A DNA stretch of 63,996 bases, counting the filler, from Octopus bimaculoides (Eukaryota), in assembly GCF_001194135.2 (NCBI RefSeq). It is 5 parts of 5 records of this genome, joined end to end, with 100 filler letters (N's around TTAATTAATTAA, not from the genome) between each part and the next. Parts side by side here need not be neighbours in the genome. Positions count along the whole stretch, not along the records: positions 28,607 to 49,051 come from NC_068986.1; positions 49,152 to 59,723 come from NC_068989.1; 3 more parts are not named here. The stretch is one strand, 5' to 3'. Made by a program: the position numbers and the translations under genes. Below are positions 38,636 through 51,279 of this stretch, one piece after another. The notes under the pieces were generated by a model. The model saw only the letters and a program-made list of their open reading frames with translations. It was not told the origin of the DNA and did no database searches. Position 1 is the first letter of the stretch. Each line of letters starts with the position of its first letter.

Positions 38636-38695
38636 TTCTCTCACTGTATGTGCGCGTATATATATATATATACACACAAAATCGTGATACACATT

Positions 38696-38868
38696 GTGAC
38701 AAAGCTGGCCCTTTGAAATACAGATACTACTCATTTTTGCCAACTGAAAGGACTGGAATAACGTGAAATAAAGTGTCTTGCTTAAGGATATTACGCACCA
38801 CCGGGAATCGAACTCACGACCTTACGATCATGAGCTGAACTCCATAACCACTAGGCCACGTGCCTTCA
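38696..38868 (-). mobile_element. Chimeric SINE: family B head with family A tail
   Basis: Reverse complement reads ...ggcaaaaatgagt|agtatctgtatttcaaagggccagctttgtcac. Confidence 0.8.
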
Positions 38869-41800
38869 CTATATATATATAAATTGTTACGTCAGCCCAG
38901 ATCACCCTTAAAGAAGAACAGTAGGAAAAGCAGTTATTCAAGATGGCTAGATAAATAGGAAATACTTATTGGGTGATTTTCATGCATAAATTATAATGGT
39001 TTATGTTTTTATGGGGGCTTTAAGAATCACGAGTAAACAGCAACGATTTCAATAATTGTAGCTAAATTGCAAATGCTCGATGTCAGGGTTTTGTCTGATG
39101 TGTAGTTCGTATTTACGAGGACCGCTTCCTGAGAGTGAACGTACCTCTTACGGCAATTATATTAAACATATTTTAATCATATAACTCTGGTCAAGATGGC
39201 GAGATAAATAGGAAAGACTTATAGACTGTAGTGTAAGGCTTGTAAAACACTATTGTCTTGTCTTGTTCTCATGGCATATAGTAAATATTTTCCAATTTTG
39301 AGATGGTTTTGTCTGGTGTTTTAAAGCTTTGTTAGCCTCATTTATGCGAAGGGGGTCAAATGTTTTGGCATTCATTTACCGATTGCAGATTGAATTTGAA
39401 TTTTAAAATTAGAGACTTGCAAACAACTTGTTTGTACAACTGCTACCAATCGAAAGCTCCGCATACGGGACGCCGATGGGTTTCAAGGGCTCTCAGGAGA
39501 GAATGCACGCCGTTACTGGCCTTCCCATCGACGGCTTTATAGTGCCGAGATACCTTACTAATGGGAGGCCGTACATACTAGATCGACAGACGAGTATTTA
39601 ACCATCGACATTCGATCTTGAATCCTTCCTCCCGAGATCACTCGCACCCTTCAGATTGTAGAGCTGTGCACTAGTAAACAGGTACATGCCACACACCTGT
39701 ATGTCACTTTCCTTCAGGTGTGCTAAGTTTTACAAACTACACAACTGAAACAAATATAATGTAACATGATAAACTACACAACAATAATATCGAATATTCT
39801 GGAAATAATTACTTCTTTTATTATTCTCATTAAATAATAATTTCAATTAATGATGATAAGTCTGCCTAAGAGGTGGTCACATTTATCATTATGACAATAA
39901 TTTAGATATTGATTTCCGAATCTCAAAGCGTTATATTTCTCCACTGTTGCATGGTTCAACTCTATCATTCATGTGTTGTATAACAGAAACCACCAAACCT
40001 GATGGTTTCTTCTTCTTTGAACATTTACCAAATGAAGCAGGTGCCGTTCGTTTGTATTGTCTCGTAGTACTTGATTCCTCTTATTGACAGTCAGTCCGCT
40101 GTTCTTCATGTTATTTCGTCCTTTTTCTTTCTTAAGATATGGTCGCACACAATCCGTTCATACCCCATGTCCTCTCTTCGTATCAAATGGTTTTTCTCTT
40201 TGATCCACCACCTCTCATGTCAACATATTCAGAAATGTCGACTTTTCTTTCCATTTCTTTTGTCATAAATTTTCTCTTATTTCTTGTCTTTGTCCTTTCC
40301 ATCCTTTCTCTCATCTCATTTTTTGTGACTTCCGGCTCTTTACATCCGGTGTTTAAATGTCACCAAGATCGACTTTACCTTTCATCCTTTCGAGGTTGAT
40401 TGAATATGTATCAGTCGATGTTATTGACTTTCCCCTCCTCTCAAAACTGCTGGTGTTGTGCTAAATATTATAACGAATTCTTTCTCTATCGGCTTATTCT
40501 TTTTACATCAATGTTATTATTTCTCTTATTGCTTCGAGCCTTTGCTTCGAGTGAAACTTATTTAAATGTAAAGTGTGAACACAATGTTTAATGTCATAAT
40601 TCACAGTGCAAAACATGGCATTTCCTAGAGCTTTTCATAAATTTCCTAATCATGGTGTTAAACCATTAATTAAAAGTATACTTTAAAGAACTGTTACTGA
40701 ATGTCTCTCTTTGAGAGATTTAGAAATATTACTATTTCTATTTTATGATCAGTGGCTGTGTGTCACGTTGAAAAGTATATATTCGAATGGTGAATTCAGC
40801 AACGCCATCTGGCCAAAGCAGCTACTCTGTGTTGATAAAGGGCAATAACCCAGAAAGTAGTCCACAGATATTGCTTTGCGCTTGATGGGAACGCTGAGCT
40901 CCCTGTTCGTAAATATAAGGACACAGACAGTGTGTCGCATAGCCAACTGGAAACGATGTTCCTTGGGGCTAAAGCAACAGTAATATCGTCCCTTTCAGGT
41001 CAGTCACATTAAATTGGCAAATAACCTTTACTTTAAGGAACCGTTACTGAATGCCTCTGAGAGATTTAGAAATAATAATATTTCTATTTTAAAGATATAA
41101 CCATTTGTCATTTGTAATGCATAATGATGGATTACAACAGTTATTTAATGATATTAGATCCATTTTTAAACACACACACATACACACAAGAAATAAATCT
41201 TAAATTATTCGCCAAGATATATCCTTTTTTTTTTTCTCAAGGTAAGCACTTTCACTTTTTTTAACTGGACGTTTGTTTAAATGTGAAATGAGAATAAAGA
41301 TTTATTATGCAAAACTTTGCAGAAATATAAAAATAATAAATGATAAAAGATAACAGGTAACTCAAATACTTTGCATACTATTTACTGCCCCACGAAAGGA
41401 AAAAAATCTTTATCTTGGTCACAGTAAAGGTAAAAGTATTTTACTTAGCAAAATAGGAAAATTAAATTATTCAAAGAACTGCAACACTCAAAAAGATGAC
41501 GCACATATTAATTCCGGTCACTTTGAACGTGTGTACGCTAATTGCTGTTGTATGTTGTCTTGAGAGAACAACTTTTTTCTTCAGACAGTGTGTGTGTTAA
41601 AGACTCACTCAGTTCAGCAACATCGGGAGATTCTAAGACGCCTGTGTTTTTGGCATTATTGTATCTCCAGTCAAAGATACTTCCCGGATCTCTGAATTTA
41701 AGCAAGGCTGGTCGTTCTTGTTTCTAGAATTTAGCAAACAAATTATTTGCTAATTCGAGTTGAGTCAATAATAAAATATTATAAACATGTGAAGCAGCGA

Positions 41801-42153
41801 GGATTAAAACAATATTAATACGCTTCGACATTTCCCATGAAATGAAATTCTAAAGAAACGACAGTATTTGATAATGATAGTAGAGTGGTGACCTGGACAA
41901 TTCCGGCTGAGACAAAAAGCATCCAGTGCGAAGAAGGCATGATGAATCTCTGTGGAATTGGACAAAAAAGAAGTACACGAGACATTTGTTATTCGTCATA
42001 TATAATTACTCCAATTATTTTTACGCGGAGTTATGCCTCTCCTAATGGATAATTACCGAAAACTATTAGATCCGTTTATCGTTTGTAAAAAATAAGGATG
42101 CATTTGAAATCTAATTTAAAAATGTTAAATTCATTATTCTTTTGTATTTATGT

Positions 42154-43090
42154 TTTTATTGCCCACAGGGGGCTAAACAGAGAGGACAAACAAGACAGAC
42201 ATAGGGATTAAGTCGATTACATCGACTCCAGTGCGTAACTGGTACTTATTTCATCGACTCTGAAAATATGAAAGGCAANNNNNNNNNNACTTATTTCATC
42301 GACTCTGAAAATATGAAAGGCAAAGTCGACCTCAGCGGAATTTGAACTCAGAACGTAACGGCAGACGAAATACCGCTAAGCATTTCGTCCGGCGTGCTAA
42401 CGTTTCTGCCATCTCGCCGCCTTGTATTAAAAAGATAAGAAAAGAAGATTTGCAGTTGGCCCAGGAAAATGTTTTGGATTATGTTTGGTAAGGAAAACAC
42501 GTCAACGTGTTTTGCAAGAAAACCATTTCCATTTCTTGATTCTCGTTGAAGCGAAACTTTATGATTCCTTTTGAAGCGTGACACACGGCCACACACTGTC
42601 ACAATAAAAATGATTCTTTCTAATTTTGGCTCAAGGCCAGCAGCTTTGAGGGGAGGGGCAAGTCGATTTCATCGACCCCAGAACTTCACTGGAGCTTTAA
42701 TTTTAATGGACACCGAAAGAGCGAAAGGCAAAATCTACTGAATTTGAATCCAGAACGTACAGCGTTTTGAAGAAATGCCGCAAAGTATTTCGTTCGGAAC
42801 AGTAAAAATTCTGCCATCTTGCAACCTTTGTGACAACGACGACAACAACAACAACACCACCTATTTTATTGACCCTGAAAGGGGCCGATGAATAGTAATA
42901 TTCCTTTCTACTATTACTTCTGTTACTAACAATAATCCTTTCTATAATAGGCACATAACCTGAAAATCTGGGTTCGAGAGCTAGTCGATTGCATTGATCC
43001 CAGTGTTTAAAAGGTACTATTTCATCGATCCCGAAAGGATGGAAGGCAAAATCGATCTTGGCGGCTAAGCAATTTTCCTGACCGCTAGAT
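42154..43090 (-). mobile_element. Cluster of co-oriented SINE family D copies and fragments
   Basis: Copies at ~42154-42423, 42615-42820, 42860-42890 and 42935-43090. Confidence 0.8.
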
Positions 43091-43949
43091 GTCGTTAAGC
43101 ACTGCTNNNNNNNNNNNNNNNNNNNNNNNNNNNNNNNNNNNNNNNNNNNNNNNNNNNNNNNNNNNNNNNNNNNNNNNNNNNNNNNNNNNNNNNNNNNNNN
43201 NNNNNNNNNNNNNNNNNNNNNNNNNNNNNNNNNNNNNNNNNNNNNNNNNNNNNNNNNNNNNNNNNNNNNNNNNNNNNNNNNNNNNNNNNNNNNNNNNNNN
43301 NNNNNNNNNNNNNNNNNNNNNNNNNNNNNNNNNNNNNNNNNNNNNNNNNNNNNNNNNNNNNNNNNNNNNNNNNNNNNNNNNNNNNNNNNNNNNNNNNNNN
43401 NNNNNNNNNNNNNNNNNNNNNNNNNNNNNNNNNNNNNNNNNNNNNNNNNNNNNNNNNNNNNNNNNNNNNNNNNNNNNNNNNNNNNNNNNNNNNNNNNNNN
43501 NNNNNNNNNNNNNNNNNNNNNNNNNNNNNNNNNNNNNNNNNNNNNNNNNNNNNNNNNNNNNNNNNNNNNNNNNNNNNNNNNNNNNNNNNNNNNNNNNNNN
43601 NNNNNNNNNNNNNNNNNNNNNNNNNNNNNNNNNNNNNNNNNNNNNNNNNNNNNNNNNNNNNNNNNNNNNNNNNNNNNNNNNNNNNNNNNNNNNNNNNNNN
43701 NNNNNNNNNNNNNNNNNNNNNNNNNNNNNNNNNNNNNNNNNNNNNNNNNNNNNNNNNNNNNNNNNNNNNNNNNNNNNNNNNNNNNNNNNNNNNNNNNNNN
43801 NNNNNNNNNNNNNNNNNNNNNNNNNNNNNNNNNNNNNNNNNNNNNNNNNNNNNNNNNNNNNNNNNNNNNNNNNNNNNNNNNNNNNNNNNNNNNNNNNNNN
43901 NNNNNNNNNNNNNNNNNNNNNNNNNNNNNNNNNNNNNNNNNNNNNNNNG

Positions 43950-44180
43950 AGCAAAAATCTCGAGAAGTTCGTGGAACAAATAAGGGCTGCAATAAGGGTG
44001 GAGCACTTACAGAAAACAGCACTACTTGGAACCGCTTGAATACTCCGGAAGGTACTCGAAAAATAAGAGGTGTTACCTTAGTTCACTGGTAGTGAACAGC
44101 TGACACTGTAGTACATCTCCAGCGTTAGAAGTTGTGCAAAGGCAATAAATAACAATAATAATAATAATAATAATAATAAT
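43950..44180 (+). mobile_element. R4/Dong-type 3' end (second subfamily) with TAA tail
   Basis: IRVEHLQKTALLGTA*ILRKVLE*, followed by a 3' UTR and (TAA)n. Confidence 0.75.
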
Positions 44181-44979
44181 TTCTTTATATACCTCGAATG
44201 ATTAAAGTGGGAGCTTACAAAGACGTGTTGAGTTGGACAAACAGGTTATATAGAAAAACGAGGGGAGGGGCGAGGACGTTATACTTTAAAGCAGTAGCAA
44301 AACTGACATGGAATAAATAGAATATTTTATGAAAAAGAAAAAAAAAAAAAAGAAACGGCAATAAAATGAAGGTAGAGATTAAAAATATTCCCGCCTATGT
44401 TAGGTCAGAGCACTCAACGACACTGATATTGCTTACTGATATAACTTTCACTCTTGTCATAGTTTCCGTCAAAATACTGAAAAAGTTCGTTTCCTAAAAT
44501 TTAATTACCCTTAATTGCGGAAAATAGTTTTATATCTCAATCTATTTTTTTGTTGTGGAATGTCATGTTTAAAACTAATTTTATGTCAAGTGAGGTAACA
44601 TGACTTGCAGAAAATACCAAGTCTAGTTTTTGGTAGATATTTAACATCAATTGTGGAATAACAATGAAATATAATTTCGCAGTTAAACGTTTAAATATTA
44701 CGCAGTGCAGATAAGAACAATTCCGCTGACCAGCAATCTTGTCTCGAGCAGACGAAACACCGTGGAATGCATTTTATAGATTGGCTATTTACACATTATT
44801 TTCTGAAACTTTCTTAAATTTCGTTCTGGTCGTCCATTATAAGTTCCTTTCCTATAAGAAGCATGACAGCCCATGTCGCTGTGGTCGGGCCGCATCCTTA
44901 ATTTTCTTGTTATTAAATTTGGGTGCGTTTTCTTGCTTGGGCTCTTGTTTTCCTTTTAATAGTTTCTTAAGCAGTAATG

Positions 44980-45190
44980 CGGCAAGATGGCAGAGACGTT
45001 AGAACGCCGGGCAAAATACTTAGCGGTATTTCGTCTGTCTACGTTCTGAGTTCAAATTCCGCCGAGGTCGACTTTGCCTTTCATCCTTTCGGGGTCGATA
45101 AATTAAGTACCAGTTACGCACTGGGGTCGATGTAATCAACTGGCCCCCTCCCACAAAATTTAGGGCCTTGTGTCTAGAGCAGAAAAGAAT
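44980..45190 (+). mobile_element. SINE family D, full length
   Basis: A-box-like tggcagagacgttag, B-box gttcaaattcc, central block and tail. Confidence 0.9.
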
Positions 45191-45205
45191 GTTTTTTCTA
45201 GCAGT

Positions 45206-45415
45206 TAAAGCGGCGAGCTAGTAGACTCGTTAGCACCCCCGGGCAAAATAAAAAGCGGCGTTTCGACTGTCTTTATGTTCAAATTTCGCTGCGGTCACCT
45301 TTGTCTCTGGAGGTTGAAAAATAAGTACCAGTTGCGCACTGGAGTCGATGAAATTTTTTTTTTTTTTACTCTCTCCCGAACTTGCTGATCTTGTATCAAA
45401 ATTTGAAACCAATAT
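45206..45415 (+). mobile_element. SINE family D, degenerate
   Basis: aaggcggcgagctag ... gttcaaatttc ... aagtaccagttgcgcactggagtcgatg. Confidence 0.65.
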
Positions 45416-46394
45416 TTTCTCTAGCAGCTAATTCTTCCTGTTTTCCTACCATTTCTTCCTCTTACTTATCGATGTGGTGGTATTTTGCTCGGCTGTGATT
45501 CTTGGTTTGCGATCTGTTCATCGATTTCCGGGACTGAGGACATGATATGTGTTGAAACCATATTCGGATCGGAGCTGTAACCGGAAGTTATTGGGACACC
45601 AGCCTCTGAGATTTGCTGTGGTTGCTGTTGTACAACTTATCTGTCCCCCACCTCTCTGATTTTCCAGCACCAAAGAGTAAAAAAACAGTCAAGTGGCTTT
45701 TGCTACTACAAGAGTAACAACTCAGTTTTGTAACCTGCACCGTCAGTCGTATTACTTTTGGATCTGTTTTCTCAATAGGGTTCAGCGCTTGAATGTTCTT
45801 ATGAGTTTAAAGGGTTTTAAGTTCTTCTAAGTTTATAATGACCTCTCGTGGCCATAAGTTGCGCCCCTTGTTGTTATATCTGCCCTCACCTACCCAGGCA
45901 GACATGGCATGAACAGGCAGACAGATGGATGAATTGGCAGACGTTTACACAAACACGTAGACAGAACCAGACATAGTCTGATATATTCAAGTGCTATTAT
46001 TTGAGTCGCGAACCTATCCCGGCTCTGAAAATAAACAAGCATGAAGAATCGCCAGAGGGCAACATTACTGCGTTCATCCAAATTAAAAATTATTACAGGA
46101 ATTTTTCTGGTTCTGTAATCTAAACACTGGCAAGAAGTAAATTATAAAAAAAACATGTACTTAATTAGTTTTTGTAATTAATTTCTGTAATTATATATAA
46201 TTGGATACGGTTTAGTTGTTTGTGAAATTATATTTATTTCTTTCACGTTTAAAAAAAAATGTACTAAATTTTGCGAAAGATCTGAGAATTTCACATTAGA
46301 AAAAAAAAATGTTTTTAGATTCAACTTCATAATTTTATAATTTTCTGTTTGGGAGCTGCTTTTGTTGTTTCTATGTTTAATTCTTCCAAATTAG

Positions 46395-46535
46395 AACGAC
46401 ACTGAGTTCAAATTTTGTTGAAGTCAATTTTGTTGTTTATCCATTTAGGGTTGAAAGAATATAAGTACCAGTTAAATACTGGGGGCACAATGCATTCGTT
46501 CGTGCCCTGCCGCAAAGTTTGTAGTGTTGTGCCTA
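46395..46535 (+). mobile_element. SINE family D, degenerate fragment
   Basis: ctgagttcaaatt ... ataagtaccagttaaatactgggg. Confidence 0.55.
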
Positions 46536-46819
46536 ATTATGACGATGATGATGATGATCCTCCCCTCCTCCTCCTTTTCCTCCTCCTGGTGATTATGATG
46601 GTCATCATGATCATCACATCAACACAAAAATATACACCCTTAAAGGTGTACAGCCGATATGTTTGAAAACCTCCCGCAAATGTATTCTACGCACAGATCA
46701 AGATTCATCGCATCTACAATACGGAAATTTCATTCGAGAGTCTCAGAGTAGTTTTGGAATATTGTACTGGGTGGCGAAACCATCTGGTACAATATGCCAA
46801 TCAAAATATATATGTGTAT

Positions 46820-47010
46820 GTAACCACGTGTGTATCGCTGGCGATTTTCTCCCTCCGTCTTCCCTTCCTTTGGACTTTCTTCTATTTCTGAAGAAGAGTT
46901 TGGCTCGAAATGTTAAATCCTCTTTCCTTCCTTTCCTGAGCGTTTTATAATACAGTAGTTGTACCACATCCTCGCGTTGTTGTTTTTCCTTGTTTGTTCT
47001 TCTTTGTTTG
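46820..47010 (+). mobile_element. Hammerhead-bearing short repeat (Penelope-terminus/retrozyme-like)
   Basis: About 170 bp homologous to the reverse complement of 57765-57945. Confidence 0.7.
46884..46918 (+). ncRNA. Minimal type I hammerhead ribozyme motif
   Basis: AUUU-CUGAAGA-A-GAGU-uug-GCUC-GAAA-UG-UU-AAAU. The core is intact and stem I is AUUU/AAAU. Confidence 0.65.
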
Positions 47011-47081
47011 GATTCACTATGTAATTATGTATGTACGTATGTATGTATGTATGTATGTATGTATGTATGTATGTATGTATG

Positions 47082-47138
<57 letters not shown>

Positions 47139-48018
47139 TGTACATTGATGATTAAAATTGCATAGAATTGAATACGTACTTGTAAGATCCATATATTACG
47201 ATGGAAGCATTAACAACACTCTCTTCCATGTTTGTTTGCAGAAATTCGATCTCTGCTGCCGTTGTAGATATTTTACTTGGCCTGTTTCGATTTCTGTGTC
47301 CTCCCGTTTGTTAAACCAAATATACTGACGATCGTTAAAGAGAAACTAAAAAAACGTAACTCGCATAAAATTGAAAATATATACGTGTGTGCTTGTGTGC
47401 GCCGTGTGTACGTGTGTGTGAATGTATGTGTGTGTGTATTCTCCTAGTAATTTCTGTTAATGTAAAATACTCACCCCCTCCGTACGTTATTTCAAAGAAA
47501 ATGTCATTCAGTTTGATCAGACAACCAATTACAGATGACCAGAATCGATATAGCTGTCCTATAAGAGTCCCAACCATTTAACAGCTTGTTCTTTCCTGAT
47601 AACAAGGACTATCCGGTTTTGGCTTTGGAATCCTTGAGTTCACACACAATATTGTATAGCGTCATCACATCATTCCTACTATTTACCGCTTCTCCTTGTC
47701 CTTTTTCATTTCAGCCCTTTCCTCTTGTCAGTCTCGCAGCCCGCTTTACCACACATTAGACAAACTGATTCTTTCTCTCTCTTCTTCTCTTTCTCAAATC
47801 CTCTTCCGCCCTTTGCAGTCCTACGAGTTGATCAATTACCTCCCGTGGTACTTCTCTGTTCCCTTCTTTTGTGACAGATTGTATACTTTGCGCTTTCTTT
47901 TACAGTTGTTCTGAGCTAACCGTCTCTTCTCGAACAGTGTGGGCGTGATGCAATATTTGACTCCAGTCCCTCTGTTGTAACGGTTACCGCTCTGTAGTTG
48001 TAATATTTTGTTTCTCCA

Positions 48019-48233
48019 AGACGGTGAGCTGGCAGAAACGTTAGCACGCCGGGCGAAATGCTTAGAGGTATTTCGTCTGTCTTTACGTTCTGAGTTTAAA
48101 TTCCGCCGAGGTAGACTTTGCCTTTCATCCTTTCGGAGTTGATAAATTAAGTACCACTTGTGCACTGGGTCGATCTAATTAACTGACCTATTCCCTCAAA
48201 ATTTCGGGCCTTGTGCCTAGAGTAGAAAAGAAT
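48019..48233 (+). mobile_element. SINE family D, full length
   Basis: Close match to 44980-45190. Confidence 0.9.
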
Positions 48234-48334
48234 ATTTTGTTTCTCCACGGCAAATGACCGGATCATAGTGGACTTTCACCAGTTTAATCAAAATTTCAAT
48301 GGCACTTCTATCGAATCATGATGTTTCACAACCG

Positions 48335-49051
48335 ACCCCTGGGTAGAATCGAATGCGGTTTTTTTAAATTTAAATTTTCTAAAAGGTTAAGAACTCCATG
48401 CTGACGATTAGGTCTTTTCTCTTGAATAGCTGTGCTGAGTAGTTCCATCTGTTGAACATAGAGCTCCGCGTTGACTGTTTGGTTCCGTTCAAGCAATTTG
48501 TAATGGATGATCCCTTCCCAGTCCCACCATACGCACAACATCGTTTTACGCGGATGAAAATCTTGTTTCACGTGCGTTTTCGCTTGTTTACCAGGGCTAA
48601 GCCATTCCTTACGCTGCTTGATATTGATGTACAGGCACCATTTTTCGTCGCAAGTAACGATTCGGTAAAGAAATCGTTGCTTGTGTCCATGAGTGAAGCT
48701 GTGACGAGCAAGCAAACCAGCGGAGATTGTGGATCGTTGATTTTGTTGTTGTCACTTAAAGCATGCGGTACCCATGCTCCATACTTCTGAACCTTACCCA
48801 TCGAGTGAAGATGCTTCTCTATAGCAGTGTGAGAGCATTCCATTTTCTCTGCCAGTTCCCTTGTCGTTTGACAAGAATTTTCGTGCAAAAGTTGGTTTAA
48901 TCGCTCTTCATCGAACTCAACTGGACGGCCAGAACGAGGTGAGTCTCTGAGGTCAAAATTTCCCTTTTTGAACTTGGCATACCAATCACGAGCGGTTCTT
49001 TCAGCTATGGCACCCTCTCCATACACAGCACAAATGTCGCGAGCAGCTTTT
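48335..49051 (-). mobile_element. Mariner transposase pseudogene (frameshifted, C-terminal catalytic region deleted)
   Basis: HTH region, SGRP, WVPHAL, IVTCDEKW and KTMLCVWWD motifs are present. The second D and YSPDLAP region is absent, and the 5' end lies in a gap. Confidence 0.9.
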
Positions 49052-49095
49052 NNNNNNNNNNNNNNNNNNNNNNNNNNNNNNNNNNNNNNNNNNNN

Positions 49096-49107
49096 TTAAT
49101 TAATTAA
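49096..49107. other. Artificial scaffolding spacer
   Basis: 44 N + TTAATTAATTAA + 44 N. Confidence 0.95.
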
Positions 49108-49325
49108 NNNNNNNNNNNNNNNNNNNNNNNNNNNNNNNNNNNNNNNNNNNNGATTGGGTCGTTGATGACTTCTTTCTAGCATGTCCACCTAGTGGTCACC
49201 CCTTATACACGTGTAATACAATTTTTTCTGAATTTTCAGATTTGTTATATGCTAGGCCACTTGGTTTTAAATTGAATTAATATTCAATTTATCATCCTAT
49301 ATATATAAATATATATATATATATA

Positions 49326-49486
49326 TCATCATCATCATCATCGTTTAACGTCCGCTTTCCATACTAGCATGGGTTGGACGATTTGACTGAGGACTGGTGA
49401 AACCGGATGGCAACACCAGGCTCCAATTTAATTTGGCAGAGTTTCTATAGCTGGATGCCCTTCCTAACGCCAACCACTCAGAGAAT
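49326..49486 (-). mobile_element. RTE-associated 3' tail ending in (TGA)n
   Basis: Reverse complement of 50945-51119 (ggttggcgttaggaagggcatccagct ... cgttaaacgatgatg). Confidence 0.8.
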
Positions 49487-49629
49487 GTGTACTCAATATA
49501 ATATACATACACACACATACATACATATATACATATGTACACACACACAGACATACATACACACACATGCACACATACATGCATACATACATACACACAC
49601 ACTGAGACACGCATGCGCAAAAACAAAAT

Positions 49630-49675
<46 letters not shown>

Positions 49676-49936
49676 GAGCAACACGCACATACACACACGC
49701 ACGTATGTACACCAATTGCATACATATTTTTTGTACGCATACATGTTCGTATGTGCGTGTGGGTGTTGCCCGTATATCAACAAAACACACACACCTTGCC
49801 TTACATATATATACGGATAAATGATTTGAAATAAATATATTTCGGAAATGGCGATTTACGGTACAATACCTAGAAACGTGAAAATCAGACCACATGGGTT
49901 TGTTTACATCAATTCGGCAGAGATAGAGAGAGCGCG

Positions 49937-49976
49937 CTCTCCCTCTCTATCTCTCTCCCTCCCTTACACACATTTA

Positions 49977-50007
<31 letters not shown>

Positions 50008-50267
50008 CTCTCTCCTTGTCTCACACACACAGCAACATTACACACACACATGCTGCTCTCTCACATTAACAAAAGAACTTCACATACACACCACACTTTC
50101 TGTCTCGCATACTCACTATAAAAAGATAGCGTCTATTTATTTTTGGCAACATGTGTTTTGTGTGTAATGTTGCTGTGTGTGTGTGTGAGAAAGAAAGAAA
50201 GAAAGAAAGAGAGATAACTGGCATGTGTATATAAGGGAGGGAGATAGAGAGAGAGAGAGAGAGAGAG
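49937..50267. repeat. Inverted repeat with ~120-bp compound-microsatellite arms
   Basis: 49937-50056 pairs with 50146-50267, including the non-simple core cacacacagcaacattacacac/gtgtgtaatgttgctgtgtgtg. Confidence 0.8.
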
Positions 50268-50815
50268 GGGGTATTTTTTTCTGTTTGCTTGCTGCTTACC
50301 ACACAGACGCTGGCAAACAAAATGTTACTCTCCTTCACCCTCCCTCTCAGAAATAGCAGTCAAAGAACTACTAATTGATGATTCCCTGCCCTGCATATCT
50401 ATATTTTAACAATAACTCCAGGGTGGATGGTTATACCGCAGGAATTCGTACGAGTCTCTTTCCTAAACGGAACTATTTCTGATACACGCTGAATTGAAAT
50501 TCATTAGGGCAAGANNNNNNNNNNNNNNNNNNNNNNNNNNNNNNNNNNNNNNNNNNNNNNNNNNNNNNNNNNNNNNNNNNNNNNNNNNNNNNNNNNNNNN
50601 NNNNNNNNNNNNNNNNNNNNNNNNNNNNNNNNNNNNNNNNNNNNNNNNNNNNNNNNNNNNNNNNNNNNNNNNNNNNNNNNNNNNNNNNNNNNNNNNNNNN
50701 NNNNNNNNNNNNNNNNNNNNNNNNNNNNNNNNNNNNNNNNNNNNNNNNNNNNNNNNNNNNNNNNNNNNNNNNNNNNNNNNNNNNNNNNNNNNNNNNNNNN
50801 NNNNNNNNNNNNNNN

Positions 50816-51084
50816 AAAGACATTCGAGCGAGATCGTTGCCAGTGCAGGTGGCACGTAAAATACACCATTTTGAGCGTGGCCATTGCCAGTACCGCCTGA
50901 CTGGCCTTCGTGCCGGTGGCATGTAAAAGCACCCACTACACTCTCGGAGTGGTTGGCGTTAGGAAGGGCATCCAGCTGTAGAAACTCAGCCAAATCAGAT
51001 TGGAGCCTGGTGTAGCCATCTGGTTTCACCAGTCCTCAGTCAAATCGTCCAACCCATGCTAGCATGGATAGCGGGCGTTAAACT

Positions 51085-51119
<35 letters not shown>
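50816..51119 (+). mobile_element. RTE LINE 3' UTR end with ~60-bp subrepeats and (TGA)n tail
   Basis: Subrepeats (gtgccggtggcacgtaaaagcacc...) match the 3' UTR at 52223-52400 (-). Confidence 0.8.
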
Positions 51120-51120
<1 letters not shown>

Positions 51121-51235
51121 ATGTATATATATTATGTATATATATATATATATATGTTTATATATATTATGTATATATACATGCATATATGGGTACAGGA
51201 CATCAAGAAAGGTCAACATAATGAGAAACTAGAAC

Positions 51236-51279
<44 letters not shown>

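Noticed and set aside
42247-42323. Perfect ~35-bp duplication on either side of a 10-N gap
   Set aside because: Unmerged contig overlap within one SINE copy.
45535-45575. CUGAGGA...GAAA pair
   Set aside because: Stem II is not adjacent to GAAA, stem III is non-palindromic and stem I is bulged; too weak.
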